From the NCBI RefSeq assembly GCF_009834535.1, contig NC_045698.1, forward strand, positions 8,496,001-8,560,000: a DNA stretch of 64,000 nt. The letters run 5' to 3'. Of the stretch, positions 55,092 to 64,000 are shown piece by piece. The DNA comes from Camelus ferus (taxonomy: Eukaryota). The notes under the pieces are model-generated. The model did not search any database and had not been told where the DNA came from. It was given only the letters and a program-made list of their open reading frames with translations. The translations under genes and the position numbers were made by a program. Each line of letters starts with the position of its first letter. Position 1 is the stretch's first letter.

Positions 55092-58000
55092 TCCCAGTTC
55101 CAGCCCAGTCCAATTACTTTCTTTGAAATTATTTTTACACTATTTTGTTCTGGACAGAGCACACCGTGGGCCATGTTCCTCCCCTCCAGCCTGACGCAGA
55201 GGGCTTGCGTTTGCGGTAGTATTTCAGCATAATCCCTCCCAAAAAGAATTCCCAGGTAACAGTTTGTTCCTCCATAACCAAGACAGCACGAAAACCCGTC
55301 TCAAACCGTGAACCACTTAATTTACTTCTGACAGCTTTCCTTCAACAGCATTTTTAAGCATAAACATTGGCCAGTTTTCAAGGTGATGAGACCAACCTTT
55401 TATTTTTTTAATTTACTTCTAAAAATTGATTTAAAATAAGTACTTAAAATCATATGTATTAGGATCGTCAGGAGGATGGCTTAATTCTATGAATAGTCAA
55501 GAGAAATAAAAATCCATGTGAAAACTAAACACTGATTTATACAGTGCATTTACTTACATTTTTGTAACAAAATAGTTCATTAGTAAAACAAATGATTGCT
55601 AAAATAGCTACAGAAATCACCAAAAACTCCTAGCAAGAAGAATAGATTATGTGATACTGCAGCTGGTAAAAGTTAAAAAGCAAACTATAAAAGACAAGTA
55701 TGTAATTATTACCAATTTTTGTCTTCGACTTAGCACTGGACTAAGGTCCTTTACAGAACCCACGCCCACATACACTGGATTGTGTCTGCATTTATCTCAT
55801 TACTAATTGTAGTCAAAAAGCAAATAAACCAGAAGAAGAAGTCATTAAAGATCCTCTTAAAAAAAAAAAGGCCAAATTAACTGAGAAGAAACTTTTAATA
55901 TAGATTGATGCTGCAAATATTTTTCTGAAATGAGCTCTCCTGATGAAACCACTGTGAAAAGACTCAAAAGTCCCCTCAGTTCACTCCTGCAATTGAGTAA
56001 ATTACTGTTGATCACTTTGGTGCCAGTAGCCTGACACAAGGGACACTTTGCATTCATTCCTGTCACCCTCACAGCCCTGAACCTGGACTGTGTCTCACTC
56101 GGGCTGGAGAAGGTCCTGGTCCCCAGCCAGCGCTAACAGAATGGGACAAGGAGAAGGAGGATTAATTTTTCTTTCATTTTGAAAGTATTTCATGATTTAG
56201 GGTTCAGTGGTATCACTTATCACAGGACAAATTTACGATCAAATATAAAATGCATAAATATTTTATTTAATAATCACTTGTAAGCATACCATCCCAAATT
56301 AAAATGTTCAGCATTAAATAAGCTATTCTCAAGTAACTCATCTCTAAACTTACGTCTCCACATTATTTACCTGATTAAATATAAATGTCCACAGTTATAT
56401 TTCTGCATGTGAAGTTTTCTAAAACAATTCATGAAAACAGACTGCTTCAAAATATGCTTGGCAATAAATATTTGCCAGTACCTTAGAAATTTAAGATTAT
56501 GTCATTTTTTAATTTAAATTTTAATTATTTTCCTGCATCTATTCATTTTAATAGTTTAACTTATAGTACAGTTGCTAGACTTTACTCATAAAAAGATAGT
56601 CTCATGAGTTGCCTTTCCCCATCTGTAACCATGCAATAATGCAATATTTTATGTTTTTTGTATGTTTTTCAGTAACTTTTATTAAAGGCATGGATATATT
56701 TTAAATGTACCACAGAGCAAAAGTGAAAATAGAATGTGTTTTTAATGGCTTATGTTTCTTCAAACCAAGACATTAATTTACTTCTTTACATATTTTAATA
56801 TATCTTCCTTTTACTAGGAACTATTTGCTTGTATATTAGAATCTTTCTCTTCTGATAACCACTGGTTTGTGAGTGTGTATGAGTGTGTGTGTGTTTGAAA
56901 TAATATCATATGCTTTAACAACATTTTCTAAAATGTCGATAATTGATATGGTAGCAGACATCTTTCTGCAACAAGTATTCAGTAGGAAAAGTTTCATTTT
57001 AAAAGCTTTTGCATTAAAACATACTGAATACATTCTATGCAGCATATATAACATAGTATAAATCATGGTTAGAAAGTATTCATACCTCTCATGGCATAAA
57101 TAATCTTTATTTCAGAATTTAAGGGAGGTTGCAGTCAGTTTTGTTCATAATTAAGAATGCTATCTCAGAATTCTGAAATACCTGAGATGAATCTTGCTTT
57201 TTCAATATTTTTTCCTTGTTGAATATTCCTTGAGTAAGTTAACTTTTATAAACCTTAATTTATGCATTTGTAAAATCATCAATGTACTAGCTTTTGTTTG
57301 TAAATTATAATAATGTAAAACCATTCCAAGGGAGCTTTTCTGAGTAATATGAATTATAAAATACATTATCCTAATATATTCAATTAAATGGAAACTTATG
57401 TTTGTAATTCAATATTTTCATGAAACAATACATCTTAAATATGCACGCTAATTAGAATATCACTAACGAATACAAGCTACCAAACTTTGTATGCAAATTC
57501 AAATGGCAAGTGAGTAGGCTATAAAATAAATTATCTACCCAGAAGAATCTGAAGAAGATATTTATTTTTAAATATAGGATTTTAGAGAGTAACTCAGAAG
57601 AGATCAAATTAACAAAATACTTTTCTTCCATAAAGTCCAGTAGAAGTTGTCTTAAATTTACGACAGATATTCCTGAGTAATTAGACAATATATTTTCAAA
57701 CTTGCTTATATTTTAGAAATGCTACAGAAAAAAATCTTATCCTCAAAAAAGTTATTTTTAAAACTGATATACTGTTAAATCATTGAGAAACCATTAAAAT
57801 ATTAATAGCAGCATTCAAATCTAAGTTTGTTAGTTTCCCCTCATGCATTTTATTTTTATCCTTGTTCCCTGAGGAACCCAGCACTATACACACTGAATCT
57901 ATCACTGCACATTTCAAGTTGGTTACACTAAGGGTGAAGATGCAATTCTTCCCTAAGAAACAAGCTTTGGGGTCAACACAACTCATGTTTTAAAATTTAA

Positions 58001-58571
58001 ATATGTGAGCTCTCCATTTCGTATCACTTTCCTAGAGAGAGATACTTATAATTTCTATCATTATTATCAAGAAGGATAATTCACTAGCAACTACAAGAAC
58101 TAGTTCTTGAATTAACTAAGTGTGTGCTGCCAGCAAACGTGTTCTGAGGAACTCAAAGATGGATGAACCCAGAATGGTCTCCAGAAATGGTCTCCAGAGG
58201 AGAGATGGGTCTTGATTCAGAGCCTCCATTCATACAGTCAAGAAATATTTCCTGAACACTATATTCTACTTTTTCTTCAAGGTGCAAAACAGGTTGGGTA
58301 CTAACTCTAATGGTACAGGTCACCAGGAAAACATTACTGGACAAAAAAAGATTACACTTATTTCCAAATAAAACTCCTCAGTTTTCTTTGTGTAGATCAC
58401 ATATCCCACTGGGTTAAAGTTTCTACCACTTCCTTCATACTTTAGTCACTTAGGAACGAGTTGCCTTCCCTTCTTTTTTAGATCACAGCCCTTGTAATTT
58501 ACCATATGACTTTATAGTTGATTATGGAGAAGAAGTTGGTTTGTTTTATGCCATCATCATATCCCTTTCGG

Positions 58572-58925
58572 TGACTTAGTCAGTTAAGGCTACTGCAACA
58601 AAACACCAAAGACCGAGTGACTTAAACAACAAACATTTACTGGATACAGTTCGGGAGGCTGGAAGTCTAAGATCAAGGTCCCAGGAGATCTGCTGCCTGG
58701 TAGGAGGGCACTTCCTGGGGTACAGATGGCGTCTTCTCAAACAAGGCAGAGAGCAGAAAGCCCCAGGTCTCCAGCCACTCTAGTCCTTGCAAGAGACCTA
58801 CGACCTCATCTAGTTCTAATCACTGCCCAAAGGGATCACCTCCTAATACCATCACCTTAGTAGGGGTAGGGAGGTGGGGGGAGTTCAACATATGGATTTG
58901 GGGAGGACGCATTCAGACCATAACC
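58572..58925 (-). mobile_element. MaLR solo LTR, MLT1A-like
   Basis: Contains 'gacttaaacaacaaacattta...cagttcgggaggctggaagtctaagatcaaggt...cacctcctaataccatcacctt...ttcaacatatggatttgggg...cattcagaccataac'. Confidence 0.85.
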
Positions 58926-60295
58926 GTAACATGTTGAATTTTCACTTTTTTTTTTTAATTATAATGAGACTGACCTACTGTTGAGCATTAACATTTAAGA
59001 TAACTGCTAAATTACATTTTCATCTTCTTTAACAGTATTTCATTTGTCCCCTCCAGTGCTTATGTAATAAATGGTATCTTTATAAAAGTTGTCCAGATCA
59101 CGAATTGCCATAATTCATATGTTTCCACGACAACCCACAGCCTCCCATTTGAAAATAAAAGTGACCCCGAATCCGTGGAGAAACACTTAGATGACTTTTT
59201 CATTTCTATACCATCAATTTATTTCAGTAAAATGACATTGGAAATATATAAATGTGTATATGTGTATATATGTAACTTATTTATTCACGTATATATCACT
59301 TATTGAAATACATACATATTTATAGTCATATATATATATATCATGACCTTCAGTTAATAGGGAAAACATCTAAATAAGAGCTGATGTATGCACAATGCAC
59401 ATTTTTCAATTTACATCATATACTAATGTTCCTCTAAAGTTCATAAACTTCATAAACAATTCTCTTTGTGTTAGTTTGTGTTTCTTATCCTTCGCTTGGG
59501 AGTCTAACATGGCTCTCAAATTGAAATCTCAATTCCTCTTTCCACTTGGGAATGAATATTCAGCTTTTAGTATGTGACACGTGTTCTGTCACTTTGGAAA
59601 CCAGTACACCCAGTTTGGGCTTCTGTACTTTTTCCTTTGGATTCTACATTATCTGTCACATACAACTTCATCTTTTTAACAAGTGTCCCCACATTCTCCA
59701 GTTGTGTCATGACTTTGTTTTCTACTTCACTGATTTACCTTCTCATTCTGTCACTTTAATTTCTAGTGTAGTTTTATTTCACTGGTGATTTTTTTTAATC
59801 CCGTATCATTCTTCTTTACTATATGCTTTGTTCTTGTTACCTCTTGGAGTGAAGATCTGGCTTCTTTGCTGGTTTCAATGTCTTTGCTTTGAGGCAGAAT
59901 TTCATGGCTTAATTTCTTCACATTTACTACTCCTCCCTCTTTTGAGACGTCTGTGTGTTTTCAAAACATTGGCTCATCCAACATTGCTTTGTATGAACTT
60001 CTACCCCTCCTTTTAAGTTACTTTATTTTCAATGCACTTATTTTCTTTCAGGCAATTTACAGACATTTATGTAGAATTTAACGGAAGAAGGCATGAGATG
60101 TTACTGTACTACTACTTGAAAAACCTTCCCTTTCTCTGCCCAAATCTCAACTTGGATAAAGAAGAAGGGGCTGTTTGATGATGTATATGCGTTAGCAATA
60201 CTTCATAAAGAAACAGCGTTCCAACAGGACAGTTGGTACTGGATGCAAGGTTTGCAGATGAAGAAAATGAGGCAGAAAAGTTTATGTAATGTACT

Positions 60296-61124
60296 GCAAA
60301 TCAAAACCACAATGAAGTATCACCTCAACCAGTCAGAATGGCCATCATTAAAAACTCCACAAATGATTAACTGCTAAGGTGTAGAGAAAAGGGAACCCTC
60401 CTACACCATTGGTGGGAATGTAGTTTGGTGAAGTCATTATGGAAAACAGAATGGAGATTCCTTAAAAAACTAAAACTAGACTTACCCTATGATCCAGCAA
60501 TCCCACGCCTGGGCATATATCCAGAGGGAACACTAACTTGAAAAGATACATGCACCCAAGTGTTCATAGCAGCAATATGTACAATAGCCAAGACGTGGAA
60601 ATGACCTAAATGTCCACTGACACATGACCGGATAAAGAAGTTGTGGTATATTTATACAATGGAATGCTACTCAGCCATAAAAAAGGATAAATTAATGCCA
60701 TTTGCAGTAACATGGATGGACCTGGAGATTGTCATTCTAAGTGAAATAAGCCAGAAAGAGAAAGAAAAATACCATATGATATCACTCGTGTGGAATCTAA
60801 AAAAAGAAAAAAGAAGACATTAATGAACTTATCTACAAAACAGAAACAGACTCACAGACATAATAAACTTATGGTTATGGGGGGATGGGGGTGAGAAGGG
60901 ATAAATTGGGCATTTGAAATTTGCAAATGCTAACTACTATGTATAAACTAGATAAAAAACAATGTTTTTCTGTATAGCACAGGGAACTATATTCAGTATC
61001 TTGTAGTAGTCTATAATGAAAAAGAATATGAAAAGGAATACATCTAGGTATATGTATGACTGAAACATTATGCTGTGCACCAGAAATTGACACATTGTAA
61101 CTAATTATACTTCAATCAAAAATA
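60296..61124 (+). mobile_element. 5'-truncated cetartiodactyl-type L1 (ORF2 C-terminus plus 3' UTR) inserted into a MIR
   Basis: ORF 60641..60823 (WYIYTMECYSAIKKDKLMPFAVTWMDLEIVILSEISQ) matches the L1 ORF2 C-terminus. TSD 60276-60295 vs 61125-61144 (18/20). Confidence 0.93.
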
Positions 61125-61269
61125 AAAAGTTAATGTAATTTACTCAAAGTCAGAGAATGAACAAACAGCAAAGCAGGGATTCAGATTCCTGTCAGAACAC
61201 TGCACGGATTTTTTTTATTACACCAAACTCCCTCTAAAATTATCTCAGGGAGGAACAGCCTAGGGTGGC

Positions 61270-61470
61270 AGAGGTGGATGGTACAGGATCTCGACCTGGC
61301 TGCCCACCCAGCTCCTTACTATGGGAACTGAATTATTGCTGTTAACCTCAGTGAGACTTTCCCCAACATCTGAGTGATAATATCAACTTCAGGGGGCACT
61401 GAAGCAGCTAAATGAAATGAAATATGTGAAAAGGCCTGATACATTATAGAAGTTGAGTAAATGTTGTTGA
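61270..61470 (+). mobile_element. MIR SINE
   Basis: Contains 'taacctcagtgagactttccccaacatctgag...taaatgaaatgaaatatgtgaaaaggcctg...gagtaaatgttg'. Confidence 0.6.
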
Positions 61471-63489
61471 CTGGAATTTAATTCAAATAATTACGCACAA
61501 CACTCCCTATGTAACCATCTATCAGCAGATATAAAGAACACTTGGAAAGAGCTGAAGACAAGGATACTCAGTATGGTAAGGCATAAAGATATCTGGGCCC
61601 TCAACACTGAATACTGTCCGTGTGATTGAAAATGCTTAATGAAACACCTGGAGACATACACTTCAAATTTCAATTCAGTACTGTAGTCAAGAAATCCCAT
61701 TACACATATTAAGAATGATACTGATCCTCATGATCTAATGAGCAGAGCTTATTAACAGAAGTGACCAGCAAACATTCCTTAATTTATTCATCCATGCATC
61801 AGACACTGGTGGTCCTACTGTGTGCCAGACATTCTGCTGGGTACCTGCGTTACAGTGGAAAAATGGCCAATCCTTCAGTCCGCTAAAAAAGCTTTTATAA
61901 CAATATTTCCATTTGACTCTTCAATATGTGAAACAGTGATTGATAAAAATGGACTCAATTGAGATAATCAGGCAGCAACAGTATCATTTAGCATAATAAC
62001 AGCATTTTGACACAATAGCTTCGGCCAAGAGAAAGCCTGGTCATTCTCATTTAAAACTGGATATAATATTTACAGCCTGAAAATCAAGCAGTAGACACTT
62101 TACAATATTTATAACTCATAACATACATTTTGTCATTCTCTTCTCATACTTTCACAGCTTCCAGAAAAGACTGCTGTTGGCTCGTAGTAACACTAATTAC
62201 CTAACGGGGAGGTGCAGACCGTGTTTCCTGACTGTTCCTCCTGAGGGTGTCCTCCGCAACTGCCAGTCCTCAAAGAAAGAAGGTATTTGAGAAGCTAATT
62301 TCCTACAGGAATAATATATGGTTTGGACACTTTCGGGGGTGTTCTTCCATAATTGCCTTTTACAATGTTATCTTCCAAAACGAACACCTTCTTCTGTTGA
62401 CGTTGCTCCCTGAGTTAAACAGCACACTGGCAAAATGTCTTGCTGGCTGGTAGGTACCAGTAAGCATGGCGCTTTTGTGTTAGTTTATGCAGTGGTTTCG
62501 ATTCTGAGCCAACACTGAACAAACGGGATAATAAGCAAAATCTTACTCACGTAGGGTGAGTAACAGTGATAGCTGCATGTACTAAGTACAAAGCATCAAG
62601 CTGATGATACAGTTGCTTTTGGTTCTCTTTCAACTCTCACATCTGCTTTTGGCCCCGTGTTTAATAACAAAATCTACGATTTCGCTCAGTTGTGAATGAC
62701 CTAATTTGAGTAGGCACAGAGATGTGTGAAGTCAGCACTGGCTTTCTCTTACCTATGATAATTCAGCAATTATCGTTTCCATCTTTTGCAATGCTGCTGG
62801 GGGAACACGGTATCTAACAGCATTTAAAATGAGAACGGCTAGAACATTCCAGGTATATAATTGGGAAATCTCCATAGGCAGCAATTGTTTTTTTGTGTGT
62901 GTGGCTTTCTTTTTTTTTTTCACTTTTTTGGGTTTTGTATCTGCTTATATACCCTTGGCAATACTGTGTTATTTAAAATTGGAACTTTTATTTGAAGTGC
63001 CTAAGCATAAAGCTAGCACTTTTCATTTGTCAAAGCTAAAAGTAATCCGATGATATCAAACCACTAAACTATCAGTTGAGCACAGTGATCAAAATGACAA
63101 AATACATTTTATAGCCAATTCTGAAACACTAAACAATTCCATGATTAATCACAGAATATTTGGAAAACATAAGAATGGCACAAAAAGGAAAATAATCTTG
63201 ACACTGAAGAGATGTTAATGTGTTAATGTTTCGATATGCTTTTTCCAGACTCATCTCTAAGCCCACATGTGTCTGATATTGGAATCATATTATATAAAGA
63301 GCTTTATTTGTTTGCTGAACTGCATGTACTTTACAAGGTTGGATACAGGCCAAATACAATTTTAATAGTACATAGTAGTCCACTATATGGCTCTACCTAA
63401 TTTATTTAATAATTCCCTACTATTAGCTATTTGAAAAGTTTTACTTTTTATTATTAATTGCATTATAATGAACATTATTTTATCAAATA

Positions 63490-63870
63490 TGTATTCATTC
63501 AACTAACACTCTTTAAGCCCTTTGTACAGTTACATAATAAAATCAGTCTTTGCTCTCAAAAACTTATAGTCTAGTGATCTAGATTTTTCCTGAAACACCA
63601 AATAACAGGGACCCTGACCTTAAAAAAAGGAAGAGAGTATCTACATGTATAGAAGGTTTATTAAGAAAGAGTGAGTTCATGTAAGGCTTTTAACCAAATT
63701 AAGAAATTTCAACATTCACAGGAAGAGGAACCATGGAGAAATTAACTTTGTGTTTTGAAAGATTATTTTGGCTCCAATGGGGAAAATGGGACTAAAGTGG
63801 ACAAAACTGAGAATGGGCTGCCGCCATCATCCAATTATGACTGGATGATATAAATTAGGAGGACATCCCA
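63490..63870 (-). mobile_element. L2 LINE fragment (3' end)
   Basis: Contains 'tattcattcaactaacac...cagtctttgctctcaaaaacttatagtctagtg...ttttgaaagattattttggctccaatgg'. Confidence 0.6.
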
Positions 63871-64000
63871 GGACTCACAAAATTTTATACCATTCCTCCT
63901 AGAATTCAGTGCTTTATTGCCAGTGTCCACACGCCCCTATATCTAGTCCTGCTGTACTGATACGATTTTTACTTTTTTCACTCATTTCTTTTTGCTCTAA

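Larger units (their letters stand above)
4306..64000 (-). other. CTNND2: CTNND2 intron 1 (partial; exon 1 lies beyond the window)
   Basis: No MFARKPPG-like exon 1 or CpG island is visible to the right of exon 2. The sequence is repeat-rich and non-coding, and CTNND2 is known to have very large 5' introns. Confidence 0.8.

Noticed and set aside
62745..62760. Minus-strand TAG|GTAAGA (and CAG|GTAAGC near 20770) as recursive splice sites
   Set aside because: No polypyrimidine tract precedes the AG, which a recursive site needs.
1..64000. CRISPR arrays, operons, rRNA or foreign inserts
   Set aside because: None seen. The sequence is consistently mammalian intronic DNA, with no repeat-spacer periodicity or long codon-biased ORFs.

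Overview
Mammalian genomic DNA, most likely a camelid (alpaca, llama or camel). This rests on a Vic-1-like tRNA-derived SINE, cetartiodactyl-type L1 3' UTRs, and no recognisable Alu, B1, Bov-tA or PRE-1. The only coding sequence I can support is one minus-strand exon (4168-4305) matching exon 2 of CTNND2 (delta-catenin): [46 protein letters not shown]. The rest of the window appears to be CTNND2 intron 1 (right of the exon) and intron 2 (left), filled with L1, L2, MIR, MLT1 (MaLR) LTRs and hAT MITEs. The most notable anomaly is that the exon is 138 nt instead of the expected 137 nt. One extra base at 4219/4220 (GAC-T-GGC) frameshifts the gene, and an assembly artefact is at least as likely as a real null allele. 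A repeat-free, motif-rich segment near 19.0-19.3 kb ends in a consensus minus-strand donor and may be an alternative CTNND2 exon or an enhancer. I found no convincing novel biological system. Repeat family names and the human CTNND2 comparison are from memory, not from a search, and repeat boundaries are approximate unless target-site duplications (TSDs) are given.
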